Of a DNA stretch of 64,000 nt, positions 9,368 through 18,993 are shown in pieces; the stretch's first letter is position 1; every line of letters begins with the position of its first letter. The stretch comes from an uncultured bacterium (GTDB taxonomy: Bacteria; Abyssobacteria; SURF-5). The stretch covers positions 32,001-96,000 of the forward strand of contig CAZSKP010000012.1 of NCBI GenBank assembly GCA_964607485.1. Reading direction: 5' to 3'. The position numbers and the translations under genes are program-made. Under the pieces are notes generated by a model. That model was not told the origin of the DNA and did no database searches. It saw only the letters and a list, made by a program, of their open reading frames with translations.

Positions 9368-12300
9368 TCAGTCGAACTTGAGCGGTTTGGCCGAGAACGA
9401 CTCGAAGTTCACCTTGCCGAGCCCGGGGTCGTCGTCACCGTCAACTATCTGTTTCGAAATAGTCTCTTCGTTGTCGGCGCCCCAATAACAATCCGTCGTC
9501 AGGAGGGGGGAAGATTGTGATTCGTTTCCATTATAGAGCTGGCTGCCGGCATTTCCGTAGATGTTGTTCCGCTCGAAGACGAGGTATCCCACGACGAACA
9601 CTCCGCCGTTGCCCCGCTCGGGTGTCGCAAGATTCGAGGTAACGGTATTGTTGGTGAAGACTTCGTTCTCGACCGACATGCCCCAGAAGTTGATATACAC
9701 GCCGCCTCCGAATTCGGACAGCGCCTTGTTCGAAGCCACGTAGTTGCGCGTGATGCTGCTGTTGCGCTCGGCATAGATTCCCCCGCCCCGTGCGGCGCTG
9801 TTGTCGCGCACCTCGTTTGCGGTCACAAGTCCGAAGGTGGCATATATGCCCCCGCCCTCTCCGTCGGCCCGGTTGGATTCGACCTTGTTGCCCACGGCCG
9901 ACGACCTGGAAAGGTAAATGCCTCCGCCGTTGCCGGTGGCCTCGTTGGAGAAAATGTCGTTGTCCTCGACGTGTATCGTGGAAGCGTTCATATAGCCGTA
10001 TGCGAAAACGCCGCCCCCCTCGCCGTCGGCGTGGTTGTGATGAATCCTGTTGGACATGACGCGTATGACGTCATTGGTGTAGGCGTAGATGCCGCCGCCG
10101 TTGGTCGGGGCGGCGTTGTGGTGAATGTCGTTGCCCTGTATGACGGCGCCGCCCTGCCGGACGGTTATCCCGCTGCCGTCGTTATACGCTATCGAACAGT
10201 CCTTTATGAGCGGCGACGAAGACTCGACAAGGATACCCTTTCCGTATTCCAGCAGGCATCGCTCGAGCACGTTCCCGTCTCGGTAATTTCCAGCATCGTC
10301 CAGCGAGGCGTCTTCGCTCGCATCGGCGAATATAATTCTCCCCCATTTCGCGTTCGATTCGCGCGTGAAGAGTATCGGCTCCGAAGGGGCGCCCCTTGCC
10401 ACGAGCTTGCCCCGAACCATGAGGTTCTTATCGGGCGCAAGTCGCACCTGCACACCCGGCTCCATCTGGAGCACGCCCTTGGGCATCACGAGCGTGTTGC
10501 CTGTGACTTGATAGGGACTGAAGCGTTTTTCGAGCTTGACCGACGACGATATAGGCCCCTGAAGGGCCGAGGGGTTGCCGACGATGGTGGTGAAGCAGGT
10601 GGGCTTGCTCCAGCCGGACCAACTGCCGGTGGCGGTGCGATGGGCGACTCGCCAGAAATATTTCTGCCCCTCCTGCAGGCTCTCGCGCGAGATTCTGAGC
10701 GTCGAGAGTTCATCCCCCGATGTGACGGCGTCGATTGTGAGAGTCGTGAAGTCTTCCGGGAAGGCGGAAACCTGCCATCGAGATTCGACGACGTCGTGGG
10801 ACGCGCGCGGCTTGCTTGCCTCCAAGGTCGTCTGTCGCGATACACTCATCTCGGCATCGGGAGGCGAAATGTTTCTCGGGGCGGCGATGGATTCGTCGGA
10901 GCCCGTGAACTTGACGCGAACTTCCTCGGACAGCCCGGTCTCTTTGTCCTCGCCGTCAATGTATCCATACCCGGATACGGCAAACCAGTACTCGGTCCCC
11001 GGTTCGAGTCCTTCAATCGTGAAGGTCTTCTCCGGGCCGGCCTGGACCACACGGTCATACGGGTAGCCGCTTGAGGACCCGAAATAAATCCTGTGCCCCT
11101 CGAAGCCGATGTCCTGAGGGTCGTCCCACGAGAGCCGCACGCCTCCCTTTCGGGCGACGGCCACGAGGTTCATGGGTGGCGGCGGCGGCGCATCGGGCGA
11201 CAAGCGCTCCAGGTAGGGAGTGCAAACGGCAAGGCCGGCGGCCTCGTCGTCGAACCAGTCGAAGATGAGACGCAGTATCTCTTTTTCCGAACGGGCGCCC
11301 CAAAAATTGTCGTCGGCCGGGACGTCGGGCGCGCCGGTCAGGTTTGCGACGTGCAGCGCATATCCGGAATTGTTGAAGATGTTGTTCCCATGGACCGAAG
11401 GATTTCCCGACACATAGATGCCGCCGCATGCGTCCTCGCCGGCGGCCGTGTTCGCTACAACGCAGTTGCGACCGATTTCGCCCGAGCCAAAGTAATAGAC
11501 CGCGCCTCCTTCGGCCTTTTGGGCCACGTTGCGGATTATGCTGTTCGATGCGATTTCGCTGTTCTCCGCGAAAATGCCCGCGCCCTGCTGTGCGAGATTC
11601 GATTGCACCAGGTTGTCGAGAATTCTCGACTCGACGGCGTAGATGCCGCCGCCCCGCTTGGCCGCCGTGTTGCCGACGAGCGTGTTTTGAGCGACAACGC
11701 ACTTGTAGGCGTACATTCCGCCGCCGAACTGGGAGCTGGTGTTTCCGAACAGGATGTTGTTTTTGATTACCGTCTGGCTGCCGTCGGAGGCATAGGCATA
11801 CACTCCGCCGCCGCCGTCGCGCCCGCCTTCGGACGTGTTGTTATAGATGAGATTGTCGGCGATGAGCACGTTTTTGTCGCTGTACGAGATGATTCCTCCG
11901 CCGTTGCCCGAAGCGGAGTCATATGCCGTCGAGTTGCCGTAGATGCGGTTTCGCACGATTCGCGGCGAACCGAATTCGACTCGGATGCCGCTCGAGAAAT
12001 TGTTTCGCACCTCGCAATCTGCGATCAGCGGAGCGCCGAATCGCACGAAAATCCCGCGGCCCTTCTCGATGATGCAGTTCTTGAGGATACACCCTTTGAT
12101 GTACCGGCCGTCTTCGGAGAAAATTGCGTCGTCGCTGAAGTCGGTGAAGTGGAGCGTTCCCCACGGCTCTTCCGAGTGGGCGGTGAATACGACCGGCGCC
12201 TCTTCGGTTCCGACCGCCGTCAATTTTCCCCTGACCTCGAGCATCTTCTCGGGCGCGAGCTCAACCCTCGCGCCGGGCTCGATCTTGAGCGTCACGCCTT

Positions 12301-12475
12301 CCTGGAGAACAACGTTTTCCGTGATCACATACGGGCCCTTCGCGGCGGTCCAAACGGAATTCTTCGAGATGTCCTTTGTGATCGTTGTATCCGCCTGCGA
12401 ATGCGGAGGGATTGCGGCGACGATTGCCGCCGACAGGATCAAAAACATCAACTGCTTGACGCCTGATGTGCTCAT
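9368..12475 (-). CDS. Secreted right-handed parallel beta-helix repeat protein with two duplicated modules and central FN3-like domains
   Basis: Sec signal (LILSAAIVAAIPPHSQA), many N-x-A-xx-GGGIY repeats, FN3 signature (VRLSWD...FTIEGLEPGTEYWFAVS), internal duplication. Confidence 0.8.
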   Translation of the reverse strand: MSTSGVKQLMFLILSAAIVAAIPPHSQADTTITKDISKNSVWTAAKGPYVITENVVLQEGVTLKIEPGARVELAPEKMLEVRGKLTAVGTEEAPVVFTAHSEEPWGTLHFTDFSDDAIFSEDGRYIKGCILKNCIIEKGRGIFVRFGAPLIADCEVRNNFSSGIRVEFGSPRIVRNRIYGNSTAYDSASGNGGGIISYSDKNVLIADNLIYNNTSEGGRDGGGGVYAYASDGSQTVIKNNILFGNTSSQFGGGMYAYKCVVAQNTLVGNTAAKRGGGIYAVESRILDNLVQSNLAQQGAGIFAENSEIASNSIIRNVAQKAEGGAVYYFGSGEIGRNCVVANTAAGEDACGGIYVSGNPSVHGNNIFNNSGYALHVANLTGAPDVPADDNFWGARSEKEILRLIFDWFDDEAAGLAVCTPYLERLSPDAPPPPPMNLVAVARKGGVRLSWDDPQDIGFEGHRIYFGSSSGYPYDRVVQAGPEKTFTIEGLEPGTEYWFAVSGYGYIDGEDKETGLSEEVRVKFTGSDESIAAPRNISPPDAEMSVSRQTTLEASKPRASHDVVESRWQVSAFPEDFTTLTIDAVTSGDELSTLRISRESLQEGQKYFWRVAHRTATGSWSGWSKPTCFTTIVGNPSALQGPISSSVKLEKRFSPYQVTGNTLVMPKGVLQMEPGVQVRLAPDKNLMVRGKLVARGAPSEPILFTRESNAKWGRIIFADASEDASLDDAGNYRDGNVLERCLLEYGKGILVESSSPLIKDCSIAYNDGSGITVRQGGAVIQGNDIHHNAAPTNGGGIYAYTNDVIRVMSNRIHHNHADGEGGGVFAYGYMNASTIHVEDNDIFSNEATGNGGGIYLSRSSAVGNKVESNRADGEGGGIYATFGLVTANEVRDNSAARGGGIYAERNSSITRNYVASNKALSEFGGGVYINFWGMSVENEVFTNNTVTSNLATPERGNGGVFVVGYLVFERNNIYGNAGSQLYNGNESQSSPLLTTDCYWGADNEETISKQIVDGDDDPGLGKVNFESFSAKPLKFD

Positions 12476-12535
12476 CTCACGCCCCCAAAATCATGCCTCA
12501 TCCATTTCCCTGTTCTTGAGAAACACTTTGCCGCG

Positions 12536-14740
12536 TCAGTAGTCCATCTGAGTCCAGTCGATCTTCTCTTCGGTTTCTTCCTCGGGTTTGGGCTCAGGAA
12601 CCTTTTCCATGACCATCATGTATTTCGCCACGTAGTCGATCCACATCTCGGCATCCGACACCCTGGGGACGCCCTCGGGAGTGTAGAACACGTAGGGCAT
12701 CTTCGTGCCGGTGCCCGCATACTTGTCGGGGTTTCGCATGAAATTCTTCATCCACTCGAACCTCAGCCTGGATTTTGCGAGCATGAGGTTTATGGACAGG
12801 TCTTCGAGCTTCACGCCCTCGGGCAGCCCCGCGTCGAGCGAGACGGGATGGCATTGCATGCACTTGTCGCCGATGAAGCGATATTCGCCCATGTCGATTT
12901 CGATCTGGTGAATCTCCTCCTTTTGAGGGAGAAGGAGATAGGGCACGCGCGCGTTTGCGGGCGACGCGGCCTTCACGGAGAAGTAGTCTATCAGCCCTTG
13001 CGCCTGCTCGTATGCGAAAGAGAAGGTTGGCATCCGTATCTTGAGCCATGGCCTCATCGGAACAGGTTTGCTGAGATACTGGAAGGCCCACTGGGGCTGC
13101 ACCTTCTCCCCCTCTCCCACCAGCCGGGGAGGAACGTATGTTTTCAGCGCAATGAACTCATCTATGCGCGGCTTGACGTTTTCATCGAACATGTGGCAGC
13201 CGCGGCAGTTGCTTTCCGTTACGGTCCACTCTCCGTCCCGCCCCCTGCGCTGGTCCTGGGTGGCGGCGAGCATGTACTTTTCGGGCAGCTTGAGCCGGTC
13301 ATTGTATAGGTAGAAGGTGGTGAGAGCTTCCACTTCGCCTTCGTCGAATTTATACTCGGCCATCTTCAGCGGCATGTCTTTGGTTTCATAAATTTTCGGG
13401 GTCTTGATCTTGTTGTATATCCAATCCCACTTCGTGTGTTCGACCGTCGAATCGCCAAACGGCAACTCATCCAGCGCCTTCTTGGCGACCTCCGCCACCT
13501 CCACACCCGGAGCGGGCGCCTTTGCGAGGCTCTTGACGCTATGGCAACCGTAGCATCCCTGCAACTGGACCAGTTTCTCGCCGTTCTGCACCGAGGCTCC
13601 TTCGGTGGTCAGCTTCTCGGAGTCCACCATCTCCTTGTTGCCCTTGAGCGTCATCAGATATGCGGTGAGGTTCAGTCGGTCGGACTCTGTGATGTCGAGC
13701 TTCGGCATCCGCGTGTCGGGATTGTATGCCTTGGGGTCCTTGAGGTATTCGAACACCCAATCGGGCCTCAGTTTCGTGCCCGCGTCGGCAAGGTTCGGCA
13801 CGCGGCGCGTGAGCGAATCCTCGTCCGCCTTCGAAGAATGGCACGCCCTGCAGCCGAGGTCGGTAAAGAGCTTTTCGCCTTCCTGGGCCGATGCCTGGGT
13901 GAGATCGACCTTCGGGTATTCCTTGTCCGACTTCAAGGACAGCACGAAGGCCGTCAGGTCGCGGATTTCCGCGTCGGTCAGTTTGAACGTGGGCATGATG
14001 GTCTTCGGGCGCATCTTTTCCGGAGTCCGAAGCCAGCTCAGCATCCATTTCTCGTTCGACAGCTTATCGACGAATCCGTCGAACGGCGGCGCAAACTTCG
14101 GAAGGTTTTCAAATCCTCGCGCGCCGTGGCAGGCGTAGCAGCCGTATTTTTCGAAAGCCACCCTGCCGCCCTCAATCCTCTCCGCGCCGTCGAGGCCGTA
14201 CGAGGTCTCGTGACATTCGATGCAGGTGGCCTGAAGGTACTCGGCGGGAATGAGCGGGTCGAACCACGTTTCCTCCAGCCCGTGCGCGGCGCGAGTCGAA
14301 GCGCCCACCCCCTGCCCCTTATGGCACACGGTGCAGCCGAATCTCTCGGCCGGGTGCTGTTCCAGTATGCGGCCGGGATGAGTCCTGAAGGGCTCCGGCG
14401 CATCGGAGAAAAGCGGGTTCGCGATTCCCAGGTGACAGGTTGTGCAGAGGTCCCTAACGTTCGCGTCGGGCAAGAATATCTGGCGCAGGTGGGGCCTGGT
14501 GGCGTTCACCTCGCGGAGCTGCTTTTTCCACTTCTCCTTGCTTGCCGGATTATTATTCTCTTCCGGGTCGTGGAGCTTTGCGAGTATCTTCTCCTTGTAC
14601 AATTCATTGAATTCCCGCTGGTACTTGACCCATTCCTTCTCCGCCTCCCTCTGAAACGCACGATAGCTCAGCGCCGCAAACACTACCATCGCCGCGGAGA
14701 ATAACACGCGCTGGCTGGTTTTCGCTCTGATCAGACCCAT
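12536..14740 (-). CDS. Membrane-anchored octaheme cytochrome c (cytochrome c partner of a Rieske/cytochrome b complex)
   Basis: Eight CxxCH motifs (CTTCH, CTVCH, CIECH, CYACH, CRACH, CYGCH, CRGCH, CMQCH) and an N-terminal TM helix. Confidence 0.92.
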   Translation of the reverse strand: MGLIRAKTSQRVLFSAAMVVFAALSYRAFQREAEKEWVKYQREFNELYKEKILAKLHDPEENNNPASKEKWKKQLREVNATRPHLRQIFLPDANVRDLCTTCHLGIANPLFSDAPEPFRTHPGRILEQHPAERFGCTVCHKGQGVGASTRAAHGLEETWFDPLIPAEYLQATCIECHETSYGLDGAERIEGGRVAFEKYGCYACHGARGFENLPKFAPPFDGFVDKLSNEKWMLSWLRTPEKMRPKTIMPTFKLTDAEIRDLTAFVLSLKSDKEYPKVDLTQASAQEGEKLFTDLGCRACHSSKADEDSLTRRVPNLADAGTKLRPDWVFEYLKDPKAYNPDTRMPKLDITESDRLNLTAYLMTLKGNKEMVDSEKLTTEGASVQNGEKLVQLQGCYGCHSVKSLAKAPAPGVEVAEVAKKALDELPFGDSTVEHTKWDWIYNKIKTPKIYETKDMPLKMAEYKFDEGEVEALTTFYLYNDRLKLPEKYMLAATQDQRRGRDGEWTVTESNCRGCHMFDENVKPRIDEFIALKTYVPPRLVGEGEKVQPQWAFQYLSKPVPMRPWLKIRMPTFSFAYEQAQGLIDYFSVKAASPANARVPYLLLPQKEEIHQIEIDMGEYRFIGDKCMQCHPVSLDAGLPEGVKLEDLSINLMLAKSRLRFEWMKNFMRNPDKYAGTGTKMPYVFYTPEGVPRVSDAEMWIDYVAKYMMVMEKVPEPKPEEETEEKIDWTQMDY

Positions 14741-14762
14741 CTGTATCTCTGGCGCAATGCGC

Positions 14763-15512
14763 CTAAATGTTAAACCATGGTGTCGTCAATATGTACCGGA
14801 CATTGAACACAAGCCGCAGGATAATCTTCACGACCACACCGTACATCAACAGCACAAGCGTAAAGGCGGTGATGTACCTGACAGCGCCCATCTTCCTGAA
14901 GAGTCCCTTAGACAGGAGTGCCGGGAGCGTCAGCCCCGCTGCAAAGTACAGAACCAGAAAGCCGATGCCGAGCCAGCGGGGCAGATTGACGAGCGTTTCC
15001 TCAGCGCTCTTGGCAACGGACCAGTCTTCCCACAGCCAATAGAACTGCCAGTTGGGTCCGCGCAGAAACTGGCCGACCAGAATCAGCACTATCCACATCG
15101 CAAAGCCGAAGACAAAGACCGAGACGGCCGCCTTGCGCTTGCGGAAACTGTATTCGCCCACCCCGGCCGTGCTCGTGTCGAGGTATGGGATGAGCATGAG
15201 CCCGAATATTATCAGCAGAGGAATCACCACGCCGGCAATCCACGGGTCGAAGTACACGAGCAGCTCCTGGAGCCCGACGAAATACCACGGCGCCTTTGCC
15301 GGGTTCTCCGTCTTGTTGGGGTCGGCAATGCTCAACAGCGGCGCGTTGGCCGCCATCGACCACGCGAGCAACACGACGGAGGCGATGACGACGGCAATCA
15401 GCTCCTTGATGACGAGATGGGGCAGAACGAACTCGTAATCGTTGTCGAGTCTTTTTTCGGGAGCGTGCATCGCGGACCCCTTTGCGTCAGAGCGGATGAG
15501 AGATTCCGCCAT
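14763..15512 (-). CDS. Cytochrome b C-terminal subunit (subunit IV/PetD-like)
   Basis: [16 protein letters not shown] (variant of the PEWY Qo motif), IPYLD, several TM helices; overlaps the cytochrome b6 gene. Confidence 0.87.
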   Translation of the reverse strand: MAESLIRSDAKGSAMHAPEKRLDNDYEFVLPHLVIKELIAVVIASVVLLAWSMAANAPLLSIADPNKTENPAKAPWYFVGLQELLVYFDPWIAGVVIPLLIIFGLMLIPYLDTSTAGVGEYSFRKRKAAVSVFVFGFAMWIVLILVGQFLRGPNWQFYWLWEDWSVAKSAEETLVNLPRWLGIGFLVLYFAAGLTLPALLSKGLFRKMGAVRYITAFTLVLLMYGVVVKIILRLVFNVRYILTTPWFNI

Positions 15513-16248
15513 CTTTTCTCACCCGCCAGAAATGAACGAATATGAGGACGGTCGCGACCAGCGGCAGCAGTATGCAATGAAGCACATAGAACCGGAGCAG
15601 TGCGTTCTCTCCGACGACGGTATCTCCCAAGAGCAGGTAGCGGACATCGTTGTTGGCCCTGATTCCGAGCAGCGAGTGGAACGGTCCCTCGGCGCCAACG
15701 AAGGGAGCGGCTCCCCCCATCTTGGTGCCGACGGTAATCGCCCAGAAGGAAAGCTGGTCCCACGGCAGCAGGTATCCCGTAAAGCTGAGCAGAAGCGTCA
15801 GCACCAGGAGGCACACGCCCACCACCCAGTTGAATTCCCTGGGCGGCTTGTAGGAAGCCGTGAGGAAGACGCGGAGCATGTGCATCATCACCAGTATGAC
15901 CATCGCGTGCGCAGCCCACCTGTGCAGGTTCCTCATTATCGTCCCGAACTTGACCGCGTGCTCGAGCAGGCGCATGTCGAGGTACGCATATTCGACCGTG
16001 GGACGATAGTAGAACATCAGCAGCACGCCCGTTATGGTCTCCACGATAAACATGAAGAAGGTGAGTCCGCCGAGACAGAACGTGTGGCTGATCTTCAGAC
16101 CTTCCCTGTGAACCTTGGGCGGATGCAGATGGAGGAAAAAATTAGAAACGACCGTGAGCACCCGGTTGCGGGGGGTGTCGCTAAATTTGTGGCGGACTAT
16201 GGAACGCCATAGCTGACTCTCAGTGATCTTTTTCGAGATCTTGCTCAT
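15487..16248 (-). CDS. petB: Cytochrome b6-type subunit (cytochrome b N-terminal)
   Basis: [47 protein letters not shown]-x14-H and the GISHPL terminus. Confidence 0.92.
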   Translation of the reverse strand: MSKISKKITESQLWRSIVRHKFSDTPRNRVLTVVSNFFLHLHPPKVHREGLKISHTFCLGGLTFFMFIVETITGVLLMFYYRPTVEYAYLDMRLLEHAVKFGTIMRNLHRWAAHAMVILVMMHMLRVFLTASYKPPREFNWVVGVCLLVLTLLLSFTGYLLPWDQLSFWAITVGTKMGGAAPFVGAEGPFHSLLGIRANNDVRYLLLGDTVVGENALLRFYVLHCILLPLVATVLIFVHFWRVRKDGGISHPL

Positions 16249-16342
16249 TTCTGCCAGTGTTTGGGGTCATCATACCTGTCAAGGTGTTTCCTCGACTCCC
16301 GGCCGGTTGCTCAGGGAAGAGACGCGTGCTCCCGACCCCGGC

Positions 16343-17053
16343 CTATTTCCTGTCGGGATAAAGCGACCTGAGATATTTCAAGTCTGCTGCGCAAAAATTC
16401 GCCGAAAGTTCGATGAGGGCCCAGTAGAAAGACACAGCCGGCTCGCAGAGCTTGGGGATTTTCGCATGGAACACTTTCTCGGTTCTCTGAAAAAGCTGCG
16501 GCAGCCACTTCGTCGGGTGGCGGTCCAGGAAATCGATTTCCGCAAAACAATAAGGGGAAGGGTCCTCGTCGCGCTGGAGCGCGAGCACCTCTTTGAACGC
16601 CAGGTAGTGCATGAACTCGAGCTCCGTGGTGATATGGTCGGGCACTTCCCGTTCGCGCGCCTCGGCCACGCTGAGGCCGAAGTGGTTGTAGAAACGCACG
16701 AGGTCTTCCATGTTTGTCATTCTGTCGGCGACATATTGCCCCTCGTACAGCGGGCACGGCGGACCTCCGGGACCGGCATCGAAGACGCGGACAAACTCGG
16801 CCTCGAAGTCGTCCTGCGATACGTGCTTGAGCAATTGGCCCGAGAGCCCTCCTTCCTCAGCCGCGACTTCAAACGGAACATCATGCAAGACAGCCAGAGC
16901 CGATTCCAGATAGTCGCCGTGCTTTGCCATCTTGAAGAAATCCTTGTCGGGATACCGAAAAGATTCCGCCAGGAACCGGTACATCTGGCTCCGTCGGGCC
17001 CGCGCCATTTGGTCGGGGTCTTCTATGTTGTCGATCTCGGCGAACGTCTCCAT
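16343..17053 (-). CDS. TorD/DmsD-family molybdoenzyme maturation chaperone (EbdD-like)
   Basis: PLYEGQY and EVPDHITTELEFM motifs; follows the beta subunit. Confidence 0.88.
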   Translation of the reverse strand: METFAEIDNIEDPDQMARARRSQMYRFLAESFRYPDKDFFKMAKHGDYLESALAVLHDVPFEVAAEEGGLSGQLLKHVSQDDFEAEFVRVFDAGPGGPPCPLYEGQYVADRMTNMEDLVRFYNHFGLSVAEAREREVPDHITTELEFMHYLAFKEVLALQRDEDPSPYCFAEIDFLDRHPTKWLPQLFQRTEKVFHAKIPKLCEPAVSFYWALIELSANFCAADLKYLRSLYPDRK

Positions 17054-17078
17054 CGCTCCCCTCCTTGACTGCGCATAT

Positions 17079-18236
17079 TCACACCGCAGTGATCGGGTCC
17101 TTATCGAACGGTCCGAACATCTTGTGCCATCGTTTCGCTATGAGTATCTCCATCAACTCCGACTTCTCTCCGTCGCGTGTGCGCTCCATTTCGCGCTGGA
17201 GCAGGTTCAGCGACTGCTCGACCTCCGGGCCGAACAGATGCACCATGTACTTCAGCGGAATGCGGGGCTTGGATGGGTCGAGCTTGCCCGAGTCATCCAG
17301 CCGTGGAGGCGCGAGCGGCGGAACGTAGAACACGTTGGGCTCGGTTCCGAACTGCGGGAACAGCGGCAGCGCGACTTTCCACTTCTTCACCAGTTGATAG
17401 ACCGGTCCCTGCTCGTTGTCGAGGTAATCCACGAACCGGACGCGTCCGGTGCACTGACGTGCGCAGGCGTTGGCCACCCCTTTCTCTATCCTAGGATAAC
17501 AGAAGATGCACTTCATGCTAGTCAGCGTCTCGAAGTTGAAGTATATCTTCTTGTACGGGCACGACTCCAGACAGAACCTGTAGCCCTTGCAGCGGTCCTG
17601 GTCTATCAAGACGACGCCGTCCTCTTCCCGCTTGTAGATGGCGTGCCTCGGACACGCGTCGATACAAGGAGGGTAGGTGCAGTGGTTGCAGATTCTGGGG
17701 AGATAGAAGAAGAAACTGTTGGGATAGTTGAAGGCGGCGGACCAATCATACGGCCCCTGGTCTTCATCCCAGTTCATGGCCCAGTCGGGTTCGGTGCCGT
17801 CGGGGTTCTTCGCCGTCAGCTTGACGGTGCCCCACTTGCTGGTCACCAATTCGTCATGATTGAACTTCCAGAGGTCGCCGAATTCCTTCCGGGTGGGCAA
17901 TTTGCCCAGAATCGGCTCGCGGACGCTCTTCTTCTCAAACTCGTCCTTGAACTCTTTGACCTTGTATCCTCCGCCGAGGTCTTCGACGTTCTTCGGAGTT
18001 CCCTTGCCGGGCATGGTGTTGACCGTGTTCCACCACATGTATTCCCGGCCCTCTTTCTTGGTCCATGTGTTCTTGCATGCCATGCTGCAGAGCTGGCATC
18101 CGACGCATTTGTTCAGGTCCATCACCATCGCAAGCTGGTGGTTGGTTCTGCGCAGCTCGTCTTTTATGGCGAGAAATTCCTTTGCGAGTTCTTCCTCTCT
18201 CTTCTTGTCTTCGGGGGTTGGTTCTATTACCGCCAT
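17079..18236 (-). CDS. Type II DMSO-reductase-family beta (Fe-S) subunit, EbdB/NarH-like
   Basis: DLNKCVGCQLCSMACKNTW, YMWWNTV, LPRICNHCTYPPC...CP, CKGYRFC...CPYKK and KCIFCYPR...C: the three [4Fe-4S] plus one [3Fe-4S] pattern. Confidence 0.93.
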   Translation of the reverse strand: MAVIEPTPEDKKREEELAKEFLAIKDELRRTNHQLAMVMDLNKCVGCQLCSMACKNTWTKKEGREYMWWNTVNTMPGKGTPKNVEDLGGGYKVKEFKDEFEKKSVREPILGKLPTRKEFGDLWKFNHDELVTSKWGTVKLTAKNPDGTEPDWAMNWDEDQGPYDWSAAFNYPNSFFFYLPRICNHCTYPPCIDACPRHAIYKREEDGVVLIDQDRCKGYRFCLESCPYKKIYFNFETLTSMKCIFCYPRIEKGVANACARQCTGRVRFVDYLDNEQGPVYQLVKKWKVALPLFPQFGTEPNVFYVPPLAPPRLDDSGKLDPSKPRIPLKYMVHLFGPEVEQSLNLLQREMERTRDGEKSELMEILIAKRWHKMFGPFDKDPITAV

Positions 18237-18282
18237 GAGCTTTTTCTCCTGTTCATGCTCCGGGCTTCAGCCAATACCATTG

Positions 18283-18963
18283 CTAGGCCAACACGAGGTC
18301 GCGCCACTCTTTCGAGAAGGCCTTCACGCCGCCACGCTCGCCTGCGGATCCTTCCCATGCCGCAATGCCGATGGATTTCTTCCCGCCGGCGGCGATCTGT
18401 ATCGCCTGCTCCGGCGCCTCGAACGCGCGCCCGACGATCACCGTCCATTCTCCGTCCTTCCATGCGGAATTGGCGAAGATAGAGCTGTCGTCGGTGTAGA
18501 GGCTCGTTGAGAGCCCTTCGGAAACCTGGTTCTTCGGCTTGTTCTCGAAATCGGCCCGCCAGTACCACGCATTCGTGGGAGCCTCCTGCGTTCCCATTTC
18601 TTTTATCGGAGTGTCCTTGCCATCCTTCATGGGGAACAGCAGGGCCACGCCGTCGGGAAACGTGTTGAGGTCGCCGATTGTGAGGTTTGCCTCTTTGCTC
18701 TTCCACCTCAGCCGGAAGAAGATGTCCTTGCCGTTGTGGAGGGTCTTCAAGACGACCTGCGCCACCTTGCCCAGCTCCTTTTCATCGCGAGTCGCCTTGA
18801 TATACGGAGAGGGCTGGTTCGCCAGAGGAGTCGACGCCATTTCGATCGTGTATTCATTGCCGTTGGACCATACGGGCGAATCCAGTTTGAGCAATTCGTC
18901 CCTCGAGGCGGAGACCCTCGCCGCCACTATCTGGCCAACCAAAGCCGTTTCATTCTCAGCCAT
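18283..18963 (-). CDS. Soluble heme b gamma subunit, EbdC-like
   Basis: HNGKDIFFRLRW, FPDGVALLFP, EMG (Met ligand), WEGSAGERGGVK (Lys ligand); no TM helix. Confidence 0.88.
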   Translation of the reverse strand: MAENETALVGQIVAARVSASRDELLKLDSPVWSNGNEYTIEMASTPLANQPSPYIKATRDEKELGKVAQVVLKTLHNGKDIFFRLRWKSKEANLTIGDLNTFPDGVALLFPMKDGKDTPIKEMGTQEAPTNAWYWRADFENKPKNQVSEGLSTSLYTDDSSIFANSAWKDGEWTVIVGRAFEAPEQAIQIAAGGKKSIGIAAWEGSAGERGGVKAFSKEWRDLVLA

Positions 18964-18993
18964 AAGACATTGCCCCCTTACCTTTCACCAAAC

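Noticed and set aside
12536-14740. Hydroxylamine oxidoreductase or octaheme nitrite/tetrathionate reductase
   Set aside because: Eight hemes, but they are spaced as repeated class I-like domains, with no CxxCK and no HAO-like clustering.
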